DNA of 64,000 nt from an uncultured delta proteobacterium (GCA_963810965.1 CAWEPT010000016.1:5051-69050), one strand, 5' to 3'; numbered from the stretch's first letter, positions 1 through 10,487 are shown. Numbers and translations: made by a program. The notes: generated by a model from the letters alone, not told the origin.

Positions 1-85
1 ACCGGATCATTGCCTTCCGATCCGTTATGGTGTAGATAGAAAACAGAAGACAAACATCCTAGAAACAATCAACCGGGGCGCCGCC

Positions 86-784
86 ATGGATGAAAGAGAA
101 CGGCTGAAGCTGATTCAAAGGCTCAAGACAGCTAAAACGTCCGAGGAACGGGACCAGATCCTCTGGTACCTGGCGGGGCAGGACAAGACGGTCAGGGGAA
201 AACCACAGAGGGCCGAAGCAACGGGCACCGCCAAGCCAGCCCCTGCAAAGCCGGAGGGCAGGATGCAGATGAAGCTGCCGGTGGGAAAACTCGGCGGCTT
301 CGGGTCCATCACCGCGCTGCTGTTTCTGTTCTACGGCATGGTCGCCATCGTTTCCGCGGTGATGAAAATCATGCAGGGCCAGATGGACGGCGACGAGATC
401 CGGCAGCTCATCATGGGCGGCGTTTTTGTCTTTTTCGGCATCGTCATCTTCATCAAGGCAAAGCGCGCGCAGCGCAAAACCGCCGAGGAGGCCTATCGGC
501 TCCCCGGCTATTTCAGCTTGAAATCGACGCGGCTTTTCTTCACGTCCTTTTTCGCCTCGGGTTCCAGCGTCTTCGGCTCGAGGACAAAAACCCTGCCCGA
601 TTCGAATTCCCCTTTTTCCCGAAGGGCCTCCGACACCGTTTCGGCCCGCTTCATCGCCAGGAGGCGCAGGTCATCCTCCTTGACCACGATGTGGGTCATC
701 ATGAGCTTTTCCATCTCCTCGTTGGGCAGGCCTTTCTCCATCCCGACGATGTTCCTCGGCTTCGGGAACTTTTCGGCACTGTAG
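86..784 (+). CDS. hypothetical small membrane protein, 3' end uncertain
   Basis: ATG ORF in track. Soluble N-terminus followed by two hydrophobic helices (ITALLFLFYGMVAIVSAV, IMGGVFVFFGIVIFI). The last ~90 codons overlap the convergent gene ending at 508 and read like antisense sequence, so the real stop is probably near 500-520 and hidden by an indel. Confidence 0.4.
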   Translation: MDERERLKLIQRLKTAKTSEERDQILWYLAGQDKTVRGKPQRAEATGTAKPAPAKPEGRMQMKLPVGKLGGFGSITALLFLFYGMVAIVSAVMKIMQGQMDGDEIRQLIMGGVFVFFGIVIFIKAKRAQRKTAEEAYRLPGYFSLKSTRLFFTSFFASGSSVFGSRTKTLPDSNSPFSRRASDTVSARFIARRRRSSSLTTMWVIMSFSISSLGRPFSIPTMFLGFGNFSAL

Positions 785-3462
785 GCCCTCTTGAGGTAGC
801 GGTCGTATTCCTGCTTCTCGATCGTGATCTCGTCGACGGACTCGACCTTTTCCCCTTTCCGGACCAGGTCGTTGAGCTTCTGGGCCTTCAGTTTTCTCTG
901 AAACTGGTACTGGATGAGACCTTCGCGGTCCCGCTCCAAGTCCACGCCGCCGACGATGTCGAGCTTCAGGGCCGGCTTCGCCTTCAGGGCTTTCACCAGA
1001 GTCTCGATTTTTTTCGCGCCCGGTTCCGGCAGTGTGCTCGAGCCGGCATCGAACTCGATGTAGCTCAGTTCCTCGCCGCCGCCGAAGAGGGAGCCCAGCA
1101 GGGCAAAGGGCGCCGTGGCGACCTTCGTGAGGATATTGACGATGACCTGCAGGACGATGCGCCAGACGCTGAACTCCGGGTCGTCGATGCGGCCCGTCAG
1201 GGGGATGTCCAGGTTGATCTTTCCCTCGCTGTCCCGCAGAAGCGTGATGGCCAGGCCCACGGGCAGCTTGGTGGCCTGGGGGCTTTCCACGCGGTCGCCG
1301 AGGGTGAGCTGATCGATGACCACCTTGTTTTCCGCATCGAGCTTCATGTCGGAGATCAGGTACTTGAGGTCGAAGGAGAGAGAGCCCTTCTCGATCTTGT
1401 ACCCCGCATAGGTGCCTGAATAGGGGGTGAGGGGACTCAGGTTGAAATCCCTCAGGGATGCCTTGAGGTCCACGAAGAGATTGTCTTGAAGGGGTGGACC
1501 TTCCCGGTGATCTCCATGGGGATGTGCCGCCCGATCTTTCCCCGGATGTCCACATCGGCCGGCTTGGTCGTGATCGAGGTCACGCCGGTGATCCGCCCCG
1601 TGAGCTCCGTGAGCGTCGACGAAAAGGTGGGTTTGATCATGCCGGTCGTCAAAGACGATGGTGCCGTTCTGGAGCGTGATGCGGTTGATCTCGATGTTCT
1701 TTGCCAGGATGTCGCCCAGGTATTCCTTTTTCTCCTCCGGCTGTGCCTCTTCCTCTTTCTTGGGCGGCGCGGGTTTCGGCTCGGCGGCTTCCTCCTCCTC
1801 GGCAGCCTCCGGCTTGGCCACGTTCTTCAGGTTCAGGGTGCCGTCCTCGTTGACGATGATCCGGGCATAGAGATCGGCTAGCGCGATGTCCTTGATCCGG
1901 ACGAAGAGCGGGTTATAGCCTGCACTCAGGCTGTTCATGTACAGGGATTTGAATTTGATGAAATCCTCGCCGTTGACCTTGTCCACCGTCGCGACGCGGG
2001 CAAGAAGGAAATTGCCGTCGTATTTGACCGTGACCTCCTTCTCGGGGGCCTTGCTGGCCGAGAACGTGCCCTTGGCGGAAATGTCGCCATCGGTGAAATT
2101 GACGCGGAAGTATTCCGTGAAGTACTCCTGGAAGGGACGGATCCGCATCCTCTTCAGATCGACGTCGAGATTGGCGAAGACCGGGTTGATACCCACGGGC
2201 CCGCTGACGGCGAGGGAACCCATGCCTTTGTTGAAGTCCATCGAGACCGAAAGCTTTCCCTGGCTGTCCTTCACCGTGGAGATCTTTTCCCCCTTGATGG
2301 TGATGTCCTGGATCAGCGAGTTGATCGGCTCCGGCGGCACTTCGTCACGATAGGCGATCTTCCCGCCCTTCAGATCGAATTCGTCCAGGATCAGAGTCGG
2401 CAGAGGCTTCTCTGCGGTTCCGCCTCCGCCTTGGCCGGTTTCGGCTCCTCTTTTTTCGGCGGCGCCAGGGTGAGCAGATTGATCGTCCCGCTCTTGTCCC
2501 GGCGGACGTTCAACTCGGGCGAGTCGAGGGCGATTTTCGCGAAGTGGAATTTCGACTGGAGCGGCTCGAGGGCCGTCATGACCACGTCGAGGCGCTTCAG
2601 CCCGGCGACAGGCTTCTTTTTCCTGTCCTGGAGGACGAAGTCCCTCAGCGCCACATTGCCGGCGACGACGATGGCGGGGTGCTGATCCGGGCGACATGGA
2701 GAAGGTGATCGTCGACTGCACGTCGAGTTTCCCGGAGGGGATGGTGATATTCAGTTCGTGCGGGACGTAGGCCAGGTAGAAGGGGAGGTCCAGGTCCTCG
2801 ATGAGGATGTTGAAGATCGTCTCGCGGGTGTCCTTGAAGATCTTCGTTTTTCCCTCGAGCGCGTAGGGGTCGCCGTTGATCGTTGCGGCAAAGCGGGGTT
2901 GCACATAGGTGTCGATATACTCCGGTATGTTGGAGACAAAGGGGATCGCGATGTTCATCTCCCGGACGGTGTGCGTCGTGTCAAAGGGGCTGTCGACGAA
3001 ATCGACGCTGCCGTTCTCGATGACGATGTTGTTGACCGAGAAGACGGCGGCTCCTTCTTTTCCTCCTTCGGCTCTTCCTTCATCAACGCAAGCAGATCGG
3101 AGAAGTTGTAGGTCTTGTCCTTGTTGCGGACCAGGTGAACATAGGGCTTGCGGACGATGAATTCCTCGATGACGGGCGCCCGCTTGAAGATCGAACGGAT
3201 GTCGAGGTTGACCACCAGCTCGTCGAAAGACACAAAAGTCTTTTCGCCCTTGGGCTCCTTGATCTCAAACCCCCGCAGAGTGACGGTCAGCGTGTACGGG
3301 TTCAGGCTGAGTCTCGGAGAGGCTCACCTGGCGATTGAGGGTCTTCGAGAGGGTTTCAAGAAGGTAAGGCTTCACGATGGGCGGGATGACAAAGAAGCCG
3401 ATGACGGTGAAGAGAACGAAAAAGACAGCAGCGCCAATGATCCATTTTTTGAATCGGCCCAT
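508..3462 (-). pseudogene. DUF748/AsmA-like large envelope protein, reading frame broken about six times (decay or indel errors)
   Basis: Start MGRFKKWIIGAAVFFVLFTVIGFFVIPP (TM anchor) at 3462, behind a GGAGAG RBS. The protein continues through track ORFs 3265..3612, 2955..3233 and 508..2958, with in-register pieces in other frames (2391..2654, 1452..1652). Frame changes lie near 3285, 3045, 2690, 2400, 1650 and 1490. Long beta-rich repeat modules and the C-terminus ...SRVDFKLK fit DUF748 proteins. Confidence 0.6.
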
Positions 3463-3879
3463 GGTGCTCTCCGTTGGTGTCCATACTCTGATGCGGTTGC
3501 GTGAGAAAGAAACAGGGAACGGCGGGTGCCGGGTACAACCTTCCGGCAAAATCAATTTCGCACAGGCACCTTGATTTTGCAATAGACAAAAGCCAGGCAG
3601 GAATTCCTGCACGATCGCATGTCGCAGTGAGAGCCGAAATGAGCAGAGACGGATCGCGAAAACTCAGGATAGGCCGCAAACAGGCCGGGGAAGGGTGTTT
3701 GCGGGATCGAGCGCGAGCGGGATTCGCCGAGAAAAACCCGGAGGCGTGGAAAAAGCAGCGCGGGCGGGCCGCAAGTGCAGAAAATGCTTGAAATGCAGAA
3801 AAAAATCGTATAGATGAATAGTACTCTTGAAGAGAAATACGCGACAAGAAGAAACACAACAAGCAAGGAGGAGATCAAG

Positions 3880-4204
3880 ATGGCCAAAGCGAAGAAGGGT
3901 GATCTGTTCACTTGTGAGCTGTGCGGTCTCGTCGTCGCTGTTGACGAGAGCTGCGACTGTGTCGTCGGTGAGCTGATCTGCTGTGACATCCCAATGGAGA
4001 AAGGAAAGGCAAAGATGAAGAAGGCTGCAAAGCCCGCGAAGAAAGCAGCGAAGAAACCGCAAAGTGAAAAAGGCGGCTGCCCAAGAAGAAGGCACACCGG
4101 CAAAAGCCAAGAAGGCCGCAAAGCCCAAGGCGAAGGCGAAGCCCAAGGCAAAGGCGAAGCCCAAGGCAAAGGCGAAGCCCAAGGCAAAGGCAAAGAAGAA
4201 ATAA
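3880..4204 (+). CDS. desulforedoxin-like Cys4 domain fused to a Lys/Ala/Pro-rich histone-H1/AlgP-like tail (one frame change near 4060)
   Basis: AAGGAGGAG RBS then ATG at 3880. KGDLFTCELCGLVVAVDESCDCVVGELICCDIPMEK matches the desulforedoxin pattern (CxxC ... CC). The tail KKAAKPAKKAAKKP continues after a +1 shift as KVKKAAAQEEGTPAKAKKAAKPKAKAKPKAKAKPKAKAKPKAKAKKK, ending at TAA 4202-4204. Confidence 0.6.
4121..4192 (+). repeat. four tandem 18-bp units (AAGCCCAAGGCRAAGGCR) encoding KPKAKA repeats
   Basis: Direct reading gives units at 4121-4138, 4139-4156, 4157-4174 and 4175-4192. They are in frame with the stop at 4202. Confidence 0.9.
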
Positions 4205-4227
4205 CGGTTTCCGGATGACCGGGAAAA

Positions 4228-4264
4228 AGAAACCCCGTTCCGTCGTGGAGCGGGGTTTCTTTTG
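4228..4264 (+). terminator. rho-independent terminator
   Basis: Stem AGAAACCCCG / CGGGGTTTCT followed by a T-run, 25 nt after the stop at 4204. Confidence 0.75.
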
Positions 4265-4299
4265 ATTTCCGCCCGGACCGTGCCGTCAGGTCAAACTCG

Positions 4300-4328
4300 T
4301 TGACGAAAGCAGAAATATCTTTTATTTT
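4300..4328 (+). promoter_or_regulatory. candidate sigma70 promoter for the ferritin-like gene
   Basis: TTGACG (4300-4305), 17-nt spacer, TATTTT (4323-4328). It lies ~140 nt upstream of the ATG at 4471. Confidence 0.4.
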
Positions 4329-4470
4329 AGAGGGACAGTTTTGGGCCGCATCCTGCCGAAATCCGTTTCATGCAGTAAAAGCCCGCACCCGATGGGCGGG
4401 GCTTTCCTTTCCGGTTTCCGGCAAACGATCATAGATAAAAATACAGAACAACACGAAAAGGAGGCAATCC

Positions 4471-4893
4471 ATGGCTAGCAAGAAACTGTTGGAGCTTTTG
4501 AACAAGGGAATCGCCCGGGAGATCCAGGTGTCGGTTCAGTACATGTGGCAGCACGTCCAGTGGTCCGGGATCCCCCATTACGCCGTAAAAGACGAATTGA
4601 AGAAAACCGCCGTCGCGGAAATGAAGCATGCCGAGGCAATCGCCGAAAGGCTGTTCTACCTCGGCGGGGTTCCCACGACGAAACCCGAGCCGATCTTCGT
4701 CGGCAAGACCCTCAAGGAGATGCTGACCAAGGACATGAAGGACGAAGAAGGGGCCATCAAGCTCTACAAGCAGACCATCGAGGTTGCCGAAAAGGAAGGC
4801 GACTTCACGACGGCACAGCTCTTCAAGAAGATCCTCGCGGACGAGGAGGAGCATCACGATTTCTTCCAGGGCGTTCTCGAGGGGCTGAAGTAA
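4471..4893 (+). CDS. ferritin-like / bacterioferritin-family protein
   Basis: AAGGAGG RBS. Four-helix-bundle di-iron pattern (EIQVSVQYMW, EMKHAEAIAERL, EEGAIKLY, DEEEHHDFF). 140 aa. Confidence 0.75.
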   Translation: MASKKLLELLNKGIAREIQVSVQYMWQHVQWSGIPHYAVKDELKKTAVAEMKHAEAIAERLFYLGGVPTTKPEPIFVGKTLKEMLTKDMKDEEGAIKLYKQTIEVAEKEGDFTTAQLFKKILADEEEHHDFFQGVLEGLK

Positions 4894-4917
4894 GGAAGGC
4901 AAAACGGCAACACAAGA

Positions 4918-4946
4918 GCCCACTTCACGGTGGGCTTTTGTTTTTC
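4918..4946 (+). terminator. rho-independent terminator
   Basis: Stem GCCCAC / GTGGGC followed by TTTTGTTTTT. Confidence 0.75.
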
Positions 4947-4998
4947 TGCCGTTCGCGGAAGCGGATCTGCAATGTCCACGGCGAAAAGGTGAAGAAGG

Positions 4999-5451
4999 AT
5001 GAGAAGACAGGAAAGAGAGATACGGGACGAAGCGGAAATTCAGGAAATCCTCGAAAAGGGGCTCGTCTGCCGCCTCGGCCTTTATGACGGGCAGTACCCC
5101 TATGTGGTCCCGCTGAATTACGGTTACCGTAACGGATGCATGTATTTCCATTGCGCCAGGGAAGGCAGGAAGATCGACATCCTGAAAAGAACGACCGGGT
5201 CTGCATCGAAGTCGACATCGACTCCCGCGTCGTACGGGGCGAGACGCCTTGCCGGTGGACAGCAAAGTACCGGAGCGTGATCGGATTCGGCAGGGCCCGG
5301 ATCATCGATGACGAGAGAGGAAAGAAAGCCGGCCTCGATGTCATCATGGCGCACTATGGGGGAAGGGGGCGAATACGATGAAAAATCTTTGCAGCGGACC
5401 TGCGTGATCGAAGTGGTCATCGAGAGCATGACGGGCAAACAGTCTCTCTGA
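4999..5451 (+). CDS. pyridoxamine 5'-phosphate oxidase family (FMN-binding split-barrel) protein, two frame changes
   Basis: MRRQEREIRDEAEIQEILEKGLVCRLGLYDGQYPYVVPLNYGY...MYFHCAREGRKIDILK continues in ORF 5136..5381 (RVCIEVDIDS...CRWTAKYRSVIGFGRARIIDDE) and then in a third frame to TGA 5449-5451. Shifts lie near 5195 and 5375. Confidence 0.6.
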
Positions 5452-5528
5452 TCCGTACCCGTCGATGGTTGACGCCGGAGCGATGAATTCCCCGTATCTG
5501 GCATGCAAAATATCGGTTGACAGGAATT

Positions 5529-5544
5529 ATTTGGCATGCCAAAT
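5529..5544. promoter_or_regulatory. perfect 16-bp palindrome ATTTGGCATGCCAAAT, candidate MarR operator
   Basis: Seen directly. It lies just after a TTGACA hexamer (5517-5522) and 58 nt before the MarR start. A related half-site TGGCATGCAAAA is at 5499-5510. Confidence 0.45.
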
Positions 5545-5601
5545 AAATAGGAGGCGAAGTAGCGCGAAAGGATGATCATCGAGGCAACCGGGGGAGAAGC
5601 G

Positions 5602-6040
5602 ATGCCGAAGGACGACCGCCTGATCTATCTTGTCTTTACCGCGCAGCAGAAGCTGAGAACCTACCTGAAGAATGTCTTTTCCGAAGCCGGGGTCACCATC
5701 ACGCCGGCCCAGTCGGGGATCCTTTTTCTCCTGAAAAAGAAAAACGGGCAGACCATGTCGGAGCTCAGCCAGGTGCTCACCCTCGACAACTCGACCCTGA
5801 CGGGGCTTGTCGACCGGCTCGAGCGGTCGGGATTCGTGAAGCGCAATGCAGGCACGGCTGATCGGAGGGCCTCGCACGTTTTCATCACGGATAAGGGAGG
5901 CGAGGAGATCGAACGGGCGAGGGCCGTAATCAACCGGGTGAACGAGCAGATCAAGGCGGATTTCACGGAAAGTGAGGTCGAGGCATTCAAGAAAATCCTG
6001 AAATCCTTCTTCGTCAGGTTCGGGGCGAACCCGCGAGGTG
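5602..6040 (+). CDS. MarR family transcriptional regulator (3' end uncertain, no in-frame stop before 6327)
   Basis: GGGGGAGAAG RBS then ATG at 5602. Winged-helix region QTMSELSQVLTLDNSTLTGLVDRLERSGFVKRNAGTADRRASHVFITDKG. The ORF then reads into the next gene, so a missed stop or indel near 6030-6050 is suspected. Confidence 0.7.
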
Positions 6041-6049
6041 AGACAAGTG

Positions 6050-7197
6050 ATGGCGGTTCAACGGGAAAAGAAAGAAAGCCTCTCGCGACTGACGGTGCAG
6101 GCGATACGCTTTGCAGGCCGGGACCTTTCCGTGCGAGGCGATCTCGGGCGTCGGGACCCCCGGGGAGCTCTGGCGGACGATGGCCAGACGGGGCCTTCTG
6201 GGCTGGAGCATCCCTGCAGCGTTCGGGGGAGAAGGCGCAGGATTTTCCGACATCCTTCCGGCCGTGGAGGCCTTCGTCGCGAAAGGCGGCAGACCGGGGC
6301 TCGCCCTTTCCTGGATGGTCCATCTGATCGTCGGAAAGGTCCTCATCGCGGGCGTCGCAAACGGCAAGCAGAAAAAGGAGGTCCTGCCCGGGATGGCCTC
6401 CGGGAAAAGGACCGTCTCCATAGCTCTTTCCGAGCCGGGGGCCGGAAGCGACCCGAAGCGGATTCGCACGACGGCCGTGAAAAAGGGAAGATCCTATGTG
6501 CTCGATGGGGAAAAGGCGTGGCTCACCAATGGTCCCCTGGCCGATCTCTTCATTGTATTTGCCGTGACGGGAGAGCGGGGAGGGAGAAAGGGCTTTACGG
6601 CTTTTCTTGTCCCGAGGGAAACCCCCGGGCTCACCGTTCGTGAAATGCCGGCCCTGGGCTACCTGAGGCCGTCCCCGCACTGCGAGATCCGGCTCGAGGG
6701 GTGCGACCTGCCCGAAACCGCCATCCTGGGCCGAAAGGGGCCGGGCCTGGGAAGAGCTCTCGAAACCGTTCAGGGTGGCTGAGGATGTGCTGCTGTCAGG
6801 GGCCATCCTCGGGGGGCTGGACCGGGAGCTGAGGCAGGCGGCCCGCAGCCTGCGGGAGCGCAGAGGGGAGATCGAAAACGACGTGAAGGAGCGCGTCGGG
6901 GGAATCGCGGCCCTGCTGGAGACGGCGAGGCAGGTTGCGCGGGGCGCCGCAAGGGATCTCGACGGCGGGAAGCAGGGCACGGACGTGGAGCACGGGCTCG
7001 TTGCCTTTCACCTCATCGCGAAAACGCTGCAGGAATCCCTCGGGGGGATCCTCGAAGAGCAAGCAGGCGGCAGGCCCGCCGGTCCGGGTGCGCCGGGGGA
7101 CGATATCGCCCGGCTCATCGGACTCGGGATGCACGCATCACGGGCCCGTCAACGCAAATGGGGAGATACACTTCTGATCGGGAAGGAGAAGTCATGA
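6050..7197 (+). CDS. acyl-CoA dehydrogenase family protein (divergent), two frame changes
   Basis: Pieces 6038.., 6111..6782 and 6775..7197. GLLGWSIPAAFGGEG, SIALSEPGAGSDPKRIRTTAVKKGRSYVLDGEKAWLTNGPLADLFIVFA and GFTAFLVPRETPGLTV match the ACAD N-terminal and middle domains. Shifts lie near 6110 and 6775. Confidence 0.6.
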
Positions 7198-8138
7198 CGG
7201 ATCAAACCGGGAAATTCGAAACGGTCGACAAGGTGAACGAGGGCTTCAAGAGCACCGGCTACATCTGCAGCACGGATATCGCGACAACGGTCTACCTGGC
7301 CTTTCACCTGGAGAAGCCGGTCCTCGTCGAGGGGCCTGCCGGTGTGGGGAAGACGGAGCTGGCGAAGAAGGCGGCCTTGTTCATGGACGTGCCGCTCATC
7401 CGGCTGCAGTGCTACGAGGGGCTCGACGAGTCGAAGGCGCTCTACGAGTGGAAGTACGGCAAGCAGCTCCTCTACTCCCAGCTGCTGCGGGACAAACTCG
7501 ATCAGGTCATCGATAAGGAGAGCGATCTGGGCGAGTCGATCCGGACGCTGCACCGCTACGAGGACATCTTCTTCTCTCCCCAGTTTCTCGAGCCGAGGCC
7601 GCTCCTCAAGGCGCTTCAGGAGGAACGGGGCGCCGTGCTCCTCATCGACGAGGTGGACAAGGCCGACGAGGAGTTCGAAGCCTTTCTGCTGGAGATCCTC
7701 TCCGATTTCCAGGTGTCGATCCCCGAGATCGGCACCGTGACGGCGCGGACGAAGCCCTACGTATTCCTCACCAGCAACAGCACCCGCGAACTCAGCGAGG
7801 CGCTGAAGAGGCGCTGCCTGCACCTCTTCATCCCGTTTCCCGCTCCCGATCTCGAGCGGGAGATCGTCCGCCACCACGTGCCCGATATCCCCGATCTCCT
7901 GGAGAGGCAGCTGGTGATGTTCATCCACGAGGTGAGAAAGCTCGAGCTCAAGAAAGTGCCCTCCATCAGTGAGACCATCGACTGGGCCCGGGCCCTGATC
8001 CTGCTGCACGCCGAGGGACTCGACCGGGACCTGACCCGGAAGACCCTCAATACCTTCCTCAAGTTCGAGGAGGACATCCGGGCCGTCGATGAAAAACTCT
8101 TTCTGCTCGTCGACAAGGCACTGAAGGAAACGGCCTGA
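7194..8138 (+). CDS. MoxR-like AAA+ ATPase (CoxD/NorQ-like)
   Basis: ATGA overlap with the preceding stop. Walker A GPAGVGKTELAKK, Walker B LLIDEVDKA, sensor region LTSNSTRELSEALKRRC. Confidence 0.85.
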   Translation: MTDQTGKFETVDKVNEGFKSTGYICSTDIATTVYLAFHLEKPVLVEGPAGVGKTELAKKAALFMDVPLIRLQCYEGLDESKALYEWKYGKQLLYSQLLRDKLDQVIDKESDLGESIRTLHRYEDIFFSPQFLEPRPLLKALQEERGAVLLIDEVDKADEEFEAFLLEILSDFQVSIPEIGTVTARTKPYVFLTSNSTRELSEALKRRCLHLFIPFPAPDLEREIVRHHVPDIPDLLERQLVMFIHEVRKLELKKVPSISETIDWARALILLHAEGLDRDLTRKTLNTFLKFEEDIRAVDEKLFLLVDKALKETA

Positions 8139-9482
8139 TGGATCGCGTGTTGAACAATTTCATCGTCTCCCTGCGCGGTGCGGGGGTTCCCGTGTCGGTC
8201 TCGGAGAGCATCGACGCCGCGCGAGGCCTGGCGATCTCCGGGTACGGCGAGAGGCAGATCGTCAAGAGCACCCTTGCGGCCACCCTTGCAAAGTCCGCTG
8301 CCGAGAAGGAGATCTTCGACGACTGTTTCGAGCGGTTCTTTTCTTTTCAGTCCCTGCCGTCACCCTTTGCGGACGGCCCGGAGAACGGCAATGAAGAACA
8401 ACCCGGGGACATGCCGCCGATCGGGGGGATGATCATGGAGGGCGACCTGGGCGGGGTTGCACTCGCCGTCCGGGACGCAGCCCGGTCCGTGGATCTGCAG
8501 TCCATCCGTTTTTTCACCCAGCGAGGGATATTCACATCGAGGATTCTCCAGGCGCTGCAACTGGATCAGCTGGACCGTTTCGTGGGCGATCTCTACCGGG
8601 AGGGCGGCGCCGGCGCCTCGGCTGCCGCACGGCAGCTCGAGCAGGGCAGGGATGCGCTCATCGACATGGTGCGGCGCTTTGTCGAGGAGCAGTACGAAAT
8701 CTTTGCCCGGGAGAGCACCGAGCGTGATCATCGAGCGATACCTCTGGGACGTCAGGCTCACGGAGCTGGAAGAGCGGCACTACGACCGCATGCACTTCCT
8801 CATCCGCAAGCTCGTAAAGCGGATGAATGAGCGCTACTCCCGCAGGCGGCGCAGGGCAAAGCGGGGTGCCCTGGATTTCAAACAAACCCTCCGGGCAAAC
8901 ATGCATCACGGGGGCCTTCTCTTCGAGACGCGCTGGAAGAAAAAGCGGATGAACCGGCCGGACGTGGTGATCCTCTGCGATGTGAGCCGATCCATGTCGA
9001 CGGTGGTCCGGTTCTGCCTGCTGATGCTCTACGGCCTCAACGAGGTGGTCGCCCGGGTCCGCTCCTTCGTTTTCTGCTCGAGCCTTCTCGAGGTCAGCCA
9101 TATCTTCGAGACCTGTCCCATCGCCGAGGCCGTCGAGCGGCTGCGGACCGGCGAAGGGCTCGACATCCACATGGGAAGGACCGACTACGGGAGCGCCTTC
9201 TGGGACTTCACGAACCGCCACCTGGAGGCGGTCACGGGCAAGACGACGGTCATCATCCTGGGCGATGCCCGCAGCAACTATGGCGACCCGGCCGATGAGC
9301 TGCTGAAGAAAATCGCCGAGCGCTGCCGCCGCCTCATCTGGCTGAACCCCGAAACGCCCCCCATGTGGGGAACGGGCGATTCGGAGATGAAGCGCTACAT
9401 GCGCCTCTGCGATGTGGTCATGGAGTGCAGCACCCTGCGTCACCTGGAGCAGCTCGTCCGTGTCCTCGTCCGGATCCCCTGA
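8138..9482 (+). CDS. VWA domain protein (CoxE-like partner of MoxR), one frame change near 8720
   Basis: TGATG overlap with moxR. N-terminal part in ORF 8138..8830, C-terminal part in 8457..9482. MIDAS motif VVILCDVSRSMS and IILGDARSNYG. Confidence 0.75.
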
Positions 9483-9488
9483 CACTTC

Positions 9489-9531
9489 GAAAGAAGAGAA
9501 GTTGAGAAGTGTAAGAAGGTGAGAAGTTGGG
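9489..9531 (+). repeat. degenerate GAGAAGT-type tandem array in the 3' spacer
   Basis: GAAAGAAGAGAAGTTGAGAAGTGTAAGAAGGTGAGAAGTTGGG starts 7 nt after the VWA stop. Confidence 0.8.
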
Positions 9532-9628
9532 ATTGCATCGTTTTCCAACGTCTTGCCCCGAATCCCTGTCCTGATCATGACCAGTTGTGGTAAAATAGCA
9601 AATCAAAAGGCCCATTACAGTATCGTCT

Positions 9629-10457
9629 ATGAGCGTGAGACAGGAATACCGGCATGCGCAGGAGATTGCCCGGCGGATCACCGGGGAAGTGGGCGAGCCC
9701 TCCTTTTACGGCGAGCAGAAAAAAGCGGTAGAAACATCCGGCCGTCTCTTCAGGGAACACCCTCTCGTGACGCAGGCCATCGCTGTCCTCGGAGCCGACC
9801 CGGACAGGCTCGGTCACGGGCTCAGCCATGTCACGAAGGTGGCCGTCGATGCGGGTGCGATCATTCTCGTCGAGCGTGAAAAAAAGAGAACCCGCCGATC
9901 GGGTCCTCAGGCTCGTCGCCCTGGCCCATGTGGCCGGTGTCCTGCACGACATCAAACGGGAGGAGAAGGATCACGCCAGGAAGGGGGCCGAGGAGGCCGA
10001 GCGGATTCTCCGTGATTTCGATCTCAGCGAGGCCGAGCGCTTCGCGATAGCCAGCGCCATCGAGAACCACGAGGCCTTCCGGCCGGTGCCGCCCCTGGAT
10101 GACCCGGCCTGGCAGCTGCTTTCCGATGCGCTCTACGACGCCGACAAATTCCGCTGGGGGCCCGACAACTTCTCTGAAATGCTCTGGGACATGGTGTCGA
10201 GGCGAGATGTGCCCCTCTCGAAGGTGCTCGGCCGGTTTCTCAAGGGGATGGAGGGGGTCGAGAGGATCCGGGAAACCTTCCGCAGCGAAACGGGACGGCA
10301 TTATGGACCCGATTTCATCGACCGCGGGATGGAGATCGGCAGAAGGCTCTATGCGGAGCTGACTGCGGTGAAGGCTGACAGGCTACAGCCAACAGCCGCA
10401 CAGCCAAAAGCGAAAGTAAAGTCAATTAATCCTGTGGCTGAGACCTGTCAGCTGTAG
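9629..10457 (+). CDS. HD domain protein (metal-dependent phosphohydrolase), one frame change near 9885
   Basis: HGLSHVTKVAVDAG ... VAGVLHDIKREE (H...HD motif). The shift is at the A-run GAAAAAAAG. The last ~25 codons run through a hairpin repeat element, so the true stop is uncertain. Confidence 0.65.
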
Positions 10458-10460
10458 GCT
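10373..10460. repeat. ~90-bp imperfect hairpin element built from CAGCCNA / CTGTRGG heptamers (copy 1)
   Basis: Left arm GGCTGACAGGCTACAGCCAACAGCCGCACAGCC, A-rich loop, right arm CCTGTGGCTGAGACCTGTCAGCTGTAGGCT. A second copy is at 13742..13824. Confidence 0.8.
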
Positions 10461-10487
10461 ATCGAATGAAGACTGAAATCTCTGATC

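Noticed and set aside
3552-4193. Minus-strand ORFs with PLPWAS / GFAFAL repeats.
   Set aside because: They are the antisense reading of the 18-bp KPKAKA tandem repeat of the desulforedoxin-like gene, with no RBS or other support.
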